From a virus (lineage: Duplodnaviria; Caudoviricetes), in IMG/VR virus record IMGVR_UViG_3300014203_000001, positions 96,001 through 160,000 of that record: a stretch of 64,000 nt of DNA; one strand, written 5' to 3'. Position 1 is the stretch's first letter, and each line of letters opens with the position of its first letter. Below are positions 40,801 through 50,499 of the stretch, in pieces. The notes beneath the pieces were generated by a model. It saw nothing but the letters and a program-made list of their open reading frames with translations. It searched no databases and was not told where the DNA came from. A program made the position numbers and the translations under genes.

Positions 40801-41907
40801 ACTGTATCGGATCAGTTTTGGGATGGGGAAGATGCTAATGATACCATTCATAATAGTATCAAATCAGCTATTATGACGAAAGAATTTAACTATGCTAGAA
40901 CCAAATACATGACTGTGGAGTACTTACTAAAACTGACAGATATGTCTTTCGAGATATCATACTTCTACAATATGCTGTATGACGATGTATTTAAAGAAGA
41001 TCTTCTAACTATAGGAGTTTCTACTATCTCTGCTAGTAAACAATTTAAGTTAAGTCATATCTTCTGTTATATGACTGCGTTAGCTTACTTGTATAGCGGA
41101 ATGGAAGATAATATCATGGACACTCCAACCAAAGTATTATATGTAAAAGGCTTCAATTTTACTACCGATCTAGAATCTCTTAGACGATATATCTTAAATG
41201 AACGCAGACTTCCATCTGATTATGATGTATTTGGATTTAATAGCCCATCGGGTCAGATCCCTTCATTAGAAGAATTTGTTAATATTTATAAAACAAATAA
41301 GAATGTTTATAAGACTATATGCTATAACATGGTTCATGCTAGGAATTATGATATTTATGCTATATGGAAGAAGCTATATGATAGCTTAATGATATGGAAG
41401 TTTAATATGAATTTCTTTGCAATGGACGACGGAACAACTGCTAGTAGTTTTAGCTCATTCCTACAAGAGAAAGATAATGTTCTATACACTTCTCTAAATA
41501 TTATAAAGAACACCTTAGATCAAGAAACTAGAGAAAATGCTATAGTTACAATGATATCTGATATAGTATATATTCTAGAGGAATATATAAGCAGTAAAGA
41601 TTTTAAATTCATTTACAATCAATATCCTGGAGTATCTAAAGAATATATTCTACAATACCTATTCATGATGATAAATTTCTTTAAATCGTATAAGGTTGTA
41701 CTAAAGCAGATGACTGTGCAGTTTATATTAGACGATGAGAATCAGAATAGTATAAAGATATACGATACTCAGAAGATGCAAGTACATCTTAAGAAACCAG
41801 ACTATATTACAATTACAGATGGAAAAGCTTCTATTATAACTTTGGATAAAGATGATAGTATAGGAGTAAAAGAGAAACTAAATAGATCATATTATTGGAT
41901 ACCATAA
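37837..41907 (+). CDS. Baseplate wedge-like structural protein with 7 internal beta-rich repeats
   Basis: TTG start with AAGGGG RBS and TACA-N6-TA at 37795-37806; gpI-like segment (YGIP...LVKYKSS..G...L..LFG); repeats F...xP...Y...GN...V...G....Y. Confidence 0.7.
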   Translation: MNIKKVYTDNPFMDALVYCVQTLVYSSIVKIPDMANNAETVSSLSNSDLYMSTIEGNVIFDIFTYTKEILEQSSVPKTKIFDYVKDKYLIPEQYRDELVSIAAAKCISSYKEENEYYRMICGMPPLGDYGIPIKAYEYLVPEGNNINVTYVHQLGADGCRMLDSYGILDIIKADYPDAKYLNYIMAGISIYKARKAIDFQLLYSPTTSNLDIDDKFASKYEINRIYILRTTYSAAFKISSDYYDNFIAILIILMTMIDMLTEVQEHIVKKDILDSRCIEYIFSIYGIPYYHTIPLKYQASMCRNINTLVKYKSSETGMLNLISLFGMNDIEMFKYFILKDRKVDRWGNFLYTAKIDITSSENDIVKHTTDQKLISDNVIPYPFDYFLQKGNEMFVWLDGYRLKRDIDYEIYNYNLIRFKNGIDTGKTTIRYDFYYDINTVSSEVSPDVENAITMVTDVFTNTSIGNTFNFTPPTSTYFSDGNHMIVMVGGVCVDPNAYILDLNSNTITINAGYNTIGRQVTFIYLYGKKLTTKFKINNIVAEYDNQNTFAIPEPFPNYSANGNDFFVTIGTTYIDPRRYTLRGNSIVFSDLTVHKGRTVSFNFIYSDSSVYSAIDIQKSIQSIIATEDNQTEFALNYPIEKYLEMGYKIYAKIKDKYISEYCYDIYRNTIRLREKSLNVGEELKLEFVHGPNASNISVLKDFRIVDTDSQTLFDIEYPTSDFLVKGNKVIIDMDGEYLEEGTGYNFSTDKSTIILSPNHYLPSTQLNYTFVYNTTSDYAIKFKQQVLIAEGDGQKEFYLDYPFYPYQQTTQGCIIIHRSLLVQLERITVNKFNCIIDIDNIKKGDEIVVLFIFNNKYLLDMQNVLIVEEKTVSTTLGIDDALVVDMPVPFKDYIENEWNYFVDSQRSRIDESTFEALGNGLSFINTNDILNYPTLTFTFVYKDSYLIKTIVEDYDTDADLKFIKIPLKAKTNTDYIKKLTNTKSYNSMTVSDQFWDGEDANDTIHNSIKSAIMTKEFNYARTKYMTVEYLLKLTDMSFEISYFYNMLYDDVFKEDLLTIGVSTISASKQFKLSHIFCYMTALAYLYSGMEDNIMDTPTKVLYVKGFNFTTDLESLRRYILNERRLPSDYDVFGFNSPSGQIPSLEEFVNIYKTNKNVYKTICYNMVHARNYDIYAIWKKLYDSLMIWKFNMNFFAMDDGTTASSFSSFLQEKDNVLYTSLNIIKNTLDQETRENAIVTMISDIVYILEEYISSKDFKFIYNQYPGVSKEYILQYLFMMINFFKSYKVVLKQMTVQFILDDENQNSIKIYDTQKMQVHLKKPDYITITDGKASIITLDKDDSIGVKEKLNRSYYWIP

Positions 41908-41955
41908 AGTGCTCTGGGCAACATAATAATAAATTGTACGAAGGGAGATAATTAC

Positions 41956-42780
41956 ATGAATATAGATGCAACGCAATATATGATACATAAAAATCTTATA
42001 GATGGAATTGGTATTAAAGATGATAGAGATCACTTTAATATAAAAACTAAAGTAGTTGTCAGATGTAGTGAAACTAAAGAGGAAATATTTACAGCCAGAA
42101 ACAAGTTAATCCTTCCAGGTGCTGGATTTATTGCTAGATCATTGTTTGATTTCTCATCCTCATCTGAAATAACTCCTACTTATAATAGTGCTTTAGGATT
42201 AGACAATATTGCCTATTCTACAACTCCAGGTCTTAATAAAATCTATCTATTCTGTGTAGGCACAGATGGATGCGGAACTCAAAATTCTCAAGTGTATGAA
42301 GAAGATTATAGAAAGTGGATAGGTGTCGATTCTATAATTCCTTTTCAGTATAGACCAGTAGCTAAAGATCTATCAGATTCAGCTAGAAAAGAATTGTACT
42401 TTGGTAGAAAAACTTCAGCTTCTTATTATTCATATTATTTTAAGAAGTTCGATTCAGATCCTAGATTAATACAACAGTTCTCAGATGGTACTCCTATAGA
42501 TAGTAATATTTATAATAGTACATCTACTCTACCAGTTCAGACTATTGCTCAAATGCAGATGTCTGTTACCCCGTATGATTGTAGAGATTATTTTATTGCC
42601 ACTACTGGCGTGAATGATGCTAGAATTAATACTATTTCTTTATGTACTGCATGGGCTAAAGAGATTAATGGATATAGTGTATACCAAGATATCAGACCAG
42701 TAACAAAACTAAACTTCCCTAATGAAGCCCTTATAGATTTGAAAAAGGGTATCGATATCGATTATAGCATATACTTCTAA
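41956..42780 (+). CDS. Late structural (tail/baseplate-associated) protein
   Basis: AACA-N6-TA at 41920-41931; beta-rich with C-terminal I.I.Y.IYF; follows the baseplate gene. Confidence 0.65.
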   Translation: MNIDATQYMIHKNLIDGIGIKDDRDHFNIKTKVVVRCSETKEEIFTARNKLILPGAGFIARSLFDFSSSSEITPTYNSALGLDNIAYSTTPGLNKIYLFCVGTDGCGTQNSQVYEEDYRKWIGVDSIIPFQYRPVAKDLSDSARKELYFGRKTSASYYSYYFKKFDSDPRLIQQFSDGTPIDSNIYNSTSTLPVQTIAQMQMSVTPYDCRDYFIATTGVNDARINTISLCTAWAKEINGYSVYQDIRPVTKLNFPNEALIDLKKGIDIDYSIYF

Positions 42781-42844
42781 ACTATAAAGCAGAGTAGATT
42801 ATCTACTCTGCTTATTTCTTATAAGAATTACATTAAGATAAGAG

Positions 42845-44074
42845 GTGATAGCATTGAAACGAATGAGTAAAACAATAACCAAGAAAGAAGATATAGATTA
42901 TTTTATTTCATTAGATATGGATACACTAACTAGTCTATCCTTTATAATGGATACATTCGGAGAGTTTGAGAATAAAAGAAAATTTAGTCCATATGATATC
43001 ATAACAATACCAGCTAATTCCTACGGTCCTGAGGGAAAAAAGAACAAGAAACCATTTACAACTACTGTGGGATTATTTATATTCAATAAGTGTTTTATAG
43101 AAAAGGATCTATTTGAACTATTCCAATATATAGACAAACCTGTAGATAAGAAAGTCGCTGGTAAGATTAACTCTAAAATGAGCTATGCTGTATTGGAAGA
43201 TAAGATTACGCTACAAGTTATGAAAGACTATCTGATGAAAACACAAAAGTTCCAACCTTATTCTAATATTCTCTGTCCTAGCGTAACAATGAATATGCTT
43301 CTTATCAGTGATAAGATAGCTAAAAGAAAGAAAGAGCTATTAGATAAAAATAAAGAAGCTATTGCCAAAGGCGATGAGAAAGTAGTAGCCGCAATAGAGA
43401 AAGAACTATTAGATCTTTGTGAAGAATTATTAGCAGATGATCCATCTATGGATCTATACAAATCTGGAGCTAAAGGTTCTTGGGGTAATAACTTTAAGAA
43501 TATCTTTGTAATGCGTGGGGCAATAAAAGATCCAGATCCTACTAAAGGATATGACGTTGTTACTGATAATTATATAGATGGTATTAAGAAAGATGGATAT
43601 AGTACAATGGCTAAATCTCTAGCTGCTGGTCCTTATTCTAGAGCAAAGAAGACACAATATGGGGGTTACTGGGAGAAACTTTTCTTAAGATCTTTTCAGC
43701 ATATAACTCTATTACCAGCTGGTTCTGACTGTGGCACTACAAGAACAATAAATATGACTATTACTGATAAGAATGCTAGTATGCTTATGTATAACTACAT
43801 AGTTAGTGGAAGTAATCTCGTAGAACTGACTTCTGATAACATAGAATCATATAAAGGCAAAACTGTTAAAATGCGGTTCTCTAGTTTATGTGAACATCCA
43901 AAGGGTATATGTAATAAATGTGCAGGTAATCTGTTCTATAGATTAGAAATAACAAATGTCGGTGTAGTAACTCCACAATTAGCATCAAGACTGAAAGTAA
44001 TTGCACTAAAAGCTTTCCATGATAGTCAAGTACAATTACATGAAATAGATGTAGCCAAAGCTTTCGGTATGTAA
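42845..44074 (+). CDS. RNA polymerase beta'-like C-terminal subunit, probably virion RNAP (phiKZ gp80-like)
   Basis: SGAKGS, GGYW.K (bridge helix), DCGT, RFSSLC...ICNKC Zn site, VGV..PQ; TACA-N6-TA at 42829-42840; start may be TTG 42854. Confidence 0.85.
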   Translation: MIALKRMSKTITKKEDIDYFISLDMDTLTSLSFIMDTFGEFENKRKFSPYDIITIPANSYGPEGKKNKKPFTTTVGLFIFNKCFIEKDLFELFQYIDKPVDKKVAGKINSKMSYAVLEDKITLQVMKDYLMKTQKFQPYSNILCPSVTMNMLLISDKIAKRKKELLDKNKEAIAKGDEKVVAAIEKELLDLCEELLADDPSMDLYKSGAKGSWGNNFKNIFVMRGAIKDPDPTKGYDVVTDNYIDGIKKDGYSTMAKSLAAGPYSRAKKTQYGGYWEKLFLRSFQHITLLPAGSDCGTTRTINMTITDKNASMLMYNYIVSGSNLVELTSDNIESYKGKTVKMRFSSLCEHPKGICNKCAGNLFYRLEITNVGVVTPQLASRLKVIALKAFHDSQVQLHEIDVAKAFGM

Positions 44075-44086
44075 GGAGGTTAGAAA

Positions 44087-44274
44087 ATGTGTTGTGATTA
44101 TATATATACCTTGTAGTTGCAGAGTATCCTACTGGTGAGGAGGATAGAGTTATTAAAGTTATTATTGGTGCATTTATTGAAGAAAAAGATGCTAATATTG
44201 CTAGTAAACCAGAGCATAGAAGTATAGTCAAAGTCAAAATGAATGCACTATTAGAAGAAGGAATTATATTATAA
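44087..44274 (+). pseudogene. Small gene frameshifted in a (TA)5 tract
   Basis: AAGGAGG RBS; removing one TA at 44099-44108 gives a 61-aa ORF MCCDYIYLVVAEYP...GIIL* ending at the hairpin. Confidence 0.6.
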
Positions 44275-44275
44275 A

Positions 44276-44308
44276 ATATCCCCAGTGGACATAATCCACT
44301 GGGGATAT
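44276..44308. terminator. Bidirectional hairpin
   Basis: 14-bp stem ATATCCCCAGTGGA/TCCACTGGGGATAT. Confidence 0.75.
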
Positions 44309-44352
44309 CGTTTTTTAAACCGAGAAGAACTTTAAATTAACCTGCGTACTAA

Positions 44353-44469
44353 CCAATTTAGTATACAGTTATATGGACTGCCCATCATATGGGCTTCCTG
44401 CTTCATAAATAAACCTATTGGTCTATCTCGGCAGGCTCAAAGGGTCGTCCCAACCCCATTTATATCTTT
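44353..44469 (-). ncRNA. TnpB omega-RNA (scaffold plus putative guide)
   Basis: GGGTTGGGACGACCC hairpin, CCTGC...GCAGG stem, GCCCA-TATGA-TGGGC hairpin and CAGTCCAT end resemble IS1341/IS605 right ends; putative guide 44372-44353. Confidence 0.65.
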
Positions 44470-44492
44470 ATATCGTAGTATAAGAAATATAA

Positions 44493-45611
44493 TTAAGCTA
44501 CATATCCTAGTCTACCATCCAATATGTTAAGTCCATAATTTACAAGATTCATAGAAGCGTTAAAATCTCGATCATGGAATGATCCACATTCAGGGCATTC
44601 CCATTCTCTAAGATTTAAGTTTTTTACGTCTCTATTACGGTAATTACATACATGGCATAGTTGACTGCTAGGGTAATGTTTATCTGCTATAATTAAATCT
44701 CTACCATAACGTTCAGCTTTGTATTTAAGCATCGTATCAAATTTACTCCATGATACTTCGTGTATGGATTTATTTATTGCTTTGAAAGGCGTAAGCATAC
44801 TGCCTATTCTTAGATCTTCTATAACTACTGTTTGGTTATCACGAATAATTCTAGAAGATAACTTATGAAGAAAATCATTACGTTGATTAGTAATCTTCTC
44901 ATAGCACTTAGCTACTTTAATTCTAGCTTTGTTTCTATTATTGGAACCAAGTTTCTTTCTAGACAATCTTCTTTGTAGTTTAGTTAATTTACTTTGAGCA
45001 TTTCTAAACCATTTAGGATTATCTATAGTTTCGCCATTACTCATAATAGCAAAGTGTTTTATTCCTAAATCTATACCTAAGATATTATTTTGGTAAGTTG
45101 TATACTTTGTTGGTTCTTCCTCTTCTACTAATACTGATATATAATATCTACCATTGGGGTTCTTAGTAATAGTAGCCGATTTTATAATACCATCAAATTG
45201 TCTATCTTGTTTAAATTTAACCATACCAGCTTTAGGTAATCTAATTCTTTTACCTTCTATTCTAATGGCAGTAAAATTATTTATATTGCTAGTACTATAA
45301 GACAATTTAGATAACTTTTTACTTTTAAATTTAGGAAATCCTTTATCCCCTCTATTAAAGAAATTCTTATATGCTTTCTCTAAATTATTTTGAGCATTTA
45401 CTAAAGCAAAAGCATCTACATCTTTAAGAAATTGATATTGCTCTTTGTACTGAGCTGGATGGTTTCTTAATGGTTGTTTGGTTTCTTTATAATAATTTAT
45501 TTTATCTTCAAGCATTTTATTATAAACAAATCTACAGCAGCCAAATGTTTTATCAAATAGATCTATTTGTTCATTTGTTGGATATAACCTAAATTTATAA
45601 GAATTAAACAT
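44493..45611 (-). CDS. tnpB: TnpB RNA-guided endonuclease (IS200/IS605 family), no TnpA
   Basis: YKFRLYP HTH, GIDLG (RuvC-I D), VIEDL (E), C..C...CPEC Zn ribbon, HDRDFNA (D): catalytic triad intact. Confidence 0.95.
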   Translation of the reverse strand: MFNSYKFRLYPTNEQIDLFDKTFGCCRFVYNKMLEDKINYYKETKQPLRNHPAQYKEQYQFLKDVDAFALVNAQNNLEKAYKNFFNRGDKGFPKFKSKKLSKLSYSTSNINNFTAIRIEGKRIRLPKAGMVKFKQDRQFDGIIKSATITKNPNGRYYISVLVEEEEPTKYTTYQNNILGIDLGIKHFAIMSNGETIDNPKWFRNAQSKLTKLQRRLSRKKLGSNNRNKARIKVAKCYEKITNQRNDFLHKLSSRIIRDNQTVVIEDLRIGSMLTPFKAINKSIHEVSWSKFDTMLKYKAERYGRDLIIADKHYPSSQLCHVCNYRNRDVKNLNLREWECPECGSFHDRDFNASMNLVNYGLNILDGRLGYVA

Positions 45612-45702
45612 TTTGATATACCTCCTCTTATTAGAAAGTTATAAGTGTAAAAATCTAGTCTATCTTAATATAAAAAATAGATATAAATATTAGATATGAC
45701 TA

Positions 45703-45718
45703 TATATTATAGAGGTGT
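45703..45718 (+). promoter_or_regulatory. Early-type promoter TATATTAT-N5-TG
   Basis: Upstream of the beta'-N gene. Confidence 0.7.
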
Positions 45719-45753
45719 AAGAGGAATATGATTTTAAGGAGGAGAAATGTGCA

Positions 45754-47793
45754 ATGCAATTAGGAGTAAAACTACAGTATCCGTTTAATGAAGAATTTAC
45801 TTATAGGTCTAGAATCGAAAGAATCGATCTAGATCAAGAAATGGAAAACGACATCGCGACAAACAAAGGGTTCTTTATCAAAGAACCACCACCTATTAAC
45901 AAAGCCTTAAAACGAACAGACTCTATCTATTCTGAGATCTTTATGAAAACTCTACACGATCCAGATGCCTATATGGATCGGTATAGTTGTAAAAGTGGAT
46001 GTACCCAAGGAAGAGGAAACAAAGATTTAATCTGCCCAATATGTAAAACCAAAGTAAAATTCGTAGGTGATGATTTTGAGATATTTGGTTGGATCAGAAT
46101 CAAAGAAGACTACGCTATAATCCATCCGAATCTCTACAAATCTATTGCGTATTTTATTGGGATCGGAACACTGGAGAATATTATCGAACCAGAGATCGAT
46201 CTCGATGTTAATGGTATCGCAGTCGGTAGATATGATAAGAGAATAAGCAAAAAGAAACAAAAGCGTAAGTATAACAAACGTGCAGGAAAAATCGATGAGA
46301 CATTTGCTGGAATTGGAATGATAGAATTCCAACAAAGATTCGACGAAATCATGGATTATTTTCTAACGAAGAACAAGGGAAACAAAAGAGAATATTATGA
46401 TGATATAATGGCTAACAGACATCTTATATTCATACATAATATACCAGTATATTCTACTGGTTTGAGACCATTCAAAACAGAAGGTAAAAGATTTACCTTT
46501 GAGGGAACAAATGCTATATTTAATATCATGGCAAAGCTTGCTGCTATGATAAATAAAGACGACCTTCAACTATATAGAGATAAGAAGTATCGAAATACAC
46601 TTCTATGGGATATGCAAGAAAAGTATAATAAACTCTATTCAGAAATAGAGAATATTTGCTCTAACAAAAAAGGATCTGTTAGAATGCTAGTTGGAGGAAG
46701 ATGTAGTTTTACATCTAGGCTAGTAATCATTCCCGATCATACTCTTAGAGTTGATGAGGTAAAACTTTCTTATTATAGTCTAGTAGAGTTATTACAGCAG
46801 ACTATAATAAATATCTTAGTACGATCATATAATATCTCATATGCAAAAGCATATATGATATTTTACAAAGCACAAGTGGTGCAAAATCCAAGAGTAAGAG
46901 AAATCATCGAAAATCTCATCAGAGCTAATAATGGAATCAATGTTATAATTAATAGGAATGAAATTAGCGTTCCCCTTACAGGTAACTGTGAGTTAACAAA
47001 CCTCTTGAATTGCTGGAAAGTGCTAAAGCCTAGAATAGCTACAACATAATCCGAGAGGATAGGTGTGAATGCCGACGAAAGTCAGAAAAAATATTTTAGG
47101 ATGACCTATTGCTGAAATAAAAGCCCTCTTACGAATAAGAGGGTGCTAAGGGTTATTAACAATGTATAATCAGCAGCTAAGTATCCTATATTTTATAGGA
47201 TAAAAGTTCAACGACCATCCAGAGATATAGGGGCTGAAATACGTCATGAAAATAAGGCACTGTTAACAGCAGTGGACGAATCGAGGAGTAGAGCCTAAGC
47301 AGGTGAGCATTGCTCTTAAATCGAAGGAAGAGGCTTCCGTTATATAACGGAAGATGATATGGTCTGTACATCCAGAGAAAAACTGGAGATGCCTAAATGC
47401 CAATTTAGACTGCGTTGATTAGCGTTCAACGTGAACAATTAGCCTACGATTGCCTACGGCAGTATCTTGGCGATGCGTTGTATTGGTATAAATGATGATT
47501 ACACGATGTCTCTGCCCCTCCAGGTTAATAGCCTATTCGCATCAGACTATGATGGTGATTGTTTAAATATTATCTATATTCCTAATAAAGCGTTCTGGGA
47601 TTCAGCAATGTATTGTTTTAATCCTAGAAATACTATGATGATTTCTAAGAACGATGGGAAGTTTAATAACCAATTGAATATCTATAAAGATATTCTTATT
47701 AATGCAAATGGTTTGATTAATCTATCTAGAGATTATTACACACCAGAGCAGCTTGCTAAGATAGAAGCTGTTAAAGCTAAGTATGGTAACTAA
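45754..47793 (+). CDS. RNA polymerase beta'-like N-terminal/catalytic subunit, probably non-virion RNAP; exons 45754-46959 and 47443-47793 (518 aa spliced)
   Basis: N-terminal Zn finger, KKG..R...GGR..F.SR.VI.PD, spliced NRN|PTI (cf. NRAPTL), catalytic ASDYDGD; early promoter. Confidence 0.9.
46960..47442 (+). ncRNA. Group I self-splicing intron, 483 nt, no homing endonuclease ORF
   Basis: P1 GGAAU/GUUCC with U-G at the 5' splice site; P AAUUGCUGGAAA, Q AAUCAGCAG, P3 CCUCUU/AAGAGG, P7 GACCAU/AUGGUC; terminal G47442; removal restores frame and motif. Confidence 0.92.
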
Positions 47794-47853
47794 ATAAATA
47801 TAGAGGATAGCATATTGCTATCCTCTAGTATATTTTAAGGAGAATGATATAAA

Positions 47854-48090
47854 ATGTTAGTTGCAGATATTAAAGAACTTCCAGCCATTGGTGAGTATGC
47901 AGTAATGGCTAATGCTGTACATGGAGAAGTAGAGAAATTAAAAGCTGTACTCCATATGCCAGATGACGAGATCGCTAATATTATTCATGTATTCTTTGCA
48001 AGTGACAACGAAGAGGATAATATTCATGAAGAACAAGGTGTAAGATATTATGCTATTCGGACATATGTTCCACTAGCAGAAGAGGAATAA
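47854..48090 (+). CDS. Hypothetical protein
   Basis: 78 aa, AAGGAG RBS. Confidence 0.7.
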   Translation: MLVADIKELPAIGEYAVMANAVHGEVEKLKAVLHMPDDEIANIIHVFFASDNEEDNIHEEQGVRYYAIRTYVPLAEEE

Positions 48091-48169
48091 TATGTTTAAG
48101 AAAACAGTATTTCTTATGATGCTTACCCATATGATGATAATTATGAATAAAATATAAAGGGGATATAAA

Positions 48170-48523
48170 ATGCTTAGTAAAAATGATATTGCTGAATTGG
48201 AAAATTTAAAATTTGTGAAAGATTTAGACCCTATTATATATAATATAATTTTGAAATATGTCGTAAAATCACAAATTCAAATGGACTTGGTAAAGTCGCT
48301 AGTATTAAAAACACCTTCATCTTTATATGTAATGAAGGGTGAAGATCTATCTCTTCAAAATATTATAGAGAATAGTGAAACCTGGGACATATTGAGTAGA
48401 GTAAAGTTTTATTCTGGAGTCAGCGCTCAGGCGAGTATTAGTGCTATGCAACTCAATATTAATATAGCTAAACAATTCTATCAGGATAAATATTTTATAG
48501 TAGACATATCAGATATAAAATAA
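48170..48523 (+). CDS. Hypothetical protein
   Basis: 117 aa, AGGGGA RBS. Confidence 0.7.
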   Translation: MLSKNDIAELENLKFVKDLDPIIYNIILKYVVKSQIQMDLVKSLVLKTPSSLYVMKGEDLSLQNIIENSETWDILSRVKFYSGVSAQASISAMQLNINIAKQFYQDKYFIVDISDIK

Positions 48524-48524
48524 G

Positions 48525-48616
48525 ACAGTATATACCCCTGTGCCAGAGAGAAAGCACAGGGGTATATAAATTCTAATCTATAATTGAAAGGATACCGCTA
48601 TGGAACAGTATTCTTT
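48525..48616 (-). ncRNA. Candidate ~90-nt small RNA
   Basis: Perfect AACA-TAAAGA-TA at 48616-48627 with no downstream gene; ends in the 15-bp hairpin 48529-48568. Confidence 0.4.
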
Positions 48617-48685
48617 ATCTTTATGTTATAGCCGTATTAATAGTTATCTGGAACATATCGATAAAGGTTTATTTTTTATAAGGAG

Positions 48686-50002
48686 TTGATGTTTATGTAT
48701 ACTAATGATAGATATATCCCACCATCCAAACCTATAGAGATTATAAAGGAAATAAATAAAGATTTAAATGTTAGTTTGTGTGTTCCTAGCGTTACTAACT
48801 CATATTCTATGTGTGTAGAATATATAAGAGGATGGGTAAAATCCAAGTTTCAACAAGATTATTTTAAGAGTGAATATATAGATGGTAAGAATATCTTAGA
48901 TGACTTTAGAAACAAAAGTAAGAATGAATTAGTTAAGAGATTAAAGCCTGCCCTCTCTATAGTTCATCAAGCGGATATGGACTTCGATAGAGAATACCTA
49001 GATCTATATAATTATGGTACTAATCTGCACTATAATAAATGTAGCTATAGAGATGCTTTCTTTAAAGACTTAACTAAGAAAAACTTCATATCTATAGCAA
49101 TGGAAATACTTATGATGAACTTCACGGTTAAGATTAAAGTATCATCTAAAGCACATGCAATGGATCTAGCTAAGTTTATTCAAATGGCATTTAAATGCCA
49201 CGGAACAGAAGCAAAATACGTAGATATGGATTACCACATACCCACAGATCTTATGCTTAGGGTTGCTAAAGATAGCGGATTTGCTGTTAAGAATAATGCC
49301 GTGGTGGATATGACTGGGTTTATGCATTATCTTAATAGAAATTCTGCTTTGCCATTTATGTATAAGATGAGAAATCTAAAAGGAAAGTTTGAATACTTTC
49401 TGAAGCTAACAGAGATGTATGTTCATACAAGAACAGAGAAGGTAACAGTAGATGATGGAGAAAGAGAAGGACAATTGCAGAATAACTTTGTTGTTCAGTT
49501 TGATTGTGCGGTTAGATTTCCTACACCTAAGTTCTACGCTTATTATTCTCTAGAACAACATGAGTTGATTAGAGGACAAAATATGGATGGAACTTATACT
49601 GTATATGAACTATGTATGACTAAAGTTCCACAAGTTAATAATAAAGGATGGAATAGATTTGTAACATTTGACTTCATGCAGAGTGAAGAAGAATATAATG
49701 CTAAACTTCCTTTAGAGATAGACTTAAAAGAACTATTCACTAGTGGAAGTGGAAAGCTAAAAGAAGTTGCAGATTATACTAAATCTTTATTCTTATCCCC
49801 ATCTGTATTTATCGATATCAAACTTTTTAATAACTTTGAAGAAGTACCATTATCAATAGACTGGGGTACATATACTTTGAAGTCTAATGAGGTTCTTACT
49901 AATGCCATGTCTTTCATAGCTATATATGTAGACTTGAAATATGTAAACGAACAGCAGATAACTGCTAATAATTATAAAGGTTCTAGAATTAAAACTAAAT
50001 AA
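48686..50002 (+). CDS. Late hypothetical (probably virion structural) protein
   Basis: 438 aa, AACA-N6-TA at 48652-48663, hairpin 50008-50032. Confidence 0.8.
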   Translation: MMFMYTNDRYIPPSKPIEIIKEINKDLNVSLCVPSVTNSYSMCVEYIRGWVKSKFQQDYFKSEYIDGKNILDDFRNKSKNELVKRLKPALSIVHQADMDFDREYLDLYNYGTNLHYNKCSYRDAFFKDLTKKNFISIAMEILMMNFTVKIKVSSKAHAMDLAKFIQMAFKCHGTEAKYVDMDYHIPTDLMLRVAKDSGFAVKNNAVVDMTGFMHYLNRNSALPFMYKMRNLKGKFEYFLKLTEMYVHTRTEKVTVDDGEREGQLQNNFVVQFDCAVRFPTPKFYAYYSLEQHELIRGQNMDGTYTVYELCMTKVPQVNNKGWNRFVTFDFMQSEEEYNAKLPLEIDLKELFTSGSGKLKEVADYTKSLFLSPSVFIDIKLFNNFEEVPLSIDWGTYTLKSNEVLTNAMSFIAIYVDLKYVNEQQITANNYKGSRIKTK

Positions 50003-50126
50003 AATATACCCCTATGCTAATTGCATAGGGGTTTGTAATACTTCGTTATTTCAAGCATATATTATATATGTGAATAATAATAAAATTAACTGAGCTGGCA
50101 GTACAACTAGCGAAAGGTGGTTTATT

Positions 50127-50420
50127 ATGTTTAGAATAGAAGAGAGTACTATGGTTAGATATCAAGATCGTATGGCTGGTAGAATGATCGTTTCCAATGG
50201 CTCAGACAGCCAAGTAATCTTCGAAGGATCAGACGATTTAATGGATACAATAGCATCTGTTGAAGAAGCACTGCAGTCATTTAAATATCTGCCTAAAGAA
50301 ATAACTGAATTAAAATCTGCTACATATTCTGTTAAACTTATAGGTAAAAACGCTAAAGCCCTATTAGTCGAGATGTTAGAGTTTACATTAGATACCATGA
50401 AATCCCTACCTATACAATAA
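50127..50420 (+). CDS. Hypothetical early protein
   Basis: Early motif 50058-50073, AAGGTGG RBS. Confidence 0.7.
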   Translation: MFRIEESTMVRYQDRMAGRMIVSNGSDSQVIFEGSDDLMDTIASVEEALQSFKYLPKEITELKSATYSVKLIGKNAKALLVEMLEFTLDTMKSLPIQ

Positions 50421-50499
50421 TGCAAAGAAAATAAAGAGGATAAACTCTCTTTATTTTTTCTCAGTAAATAAAAGGATAGCAATATGCTATCCTTTATAT

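Noticed and set aside
46960-47371. C-terminal 29 aa of ORF 45754..47049 and ORF 47186..47371
   Set aside because: Both lie within intron RNA and carry no endonuclease motifs.
44353-47450. TnpB as trans-acting homing nuclease for the neighbouring intron
   Set aside because: The putative guide does not match the intron-less junction ATAATTAATAGGAAT|CCTACG.
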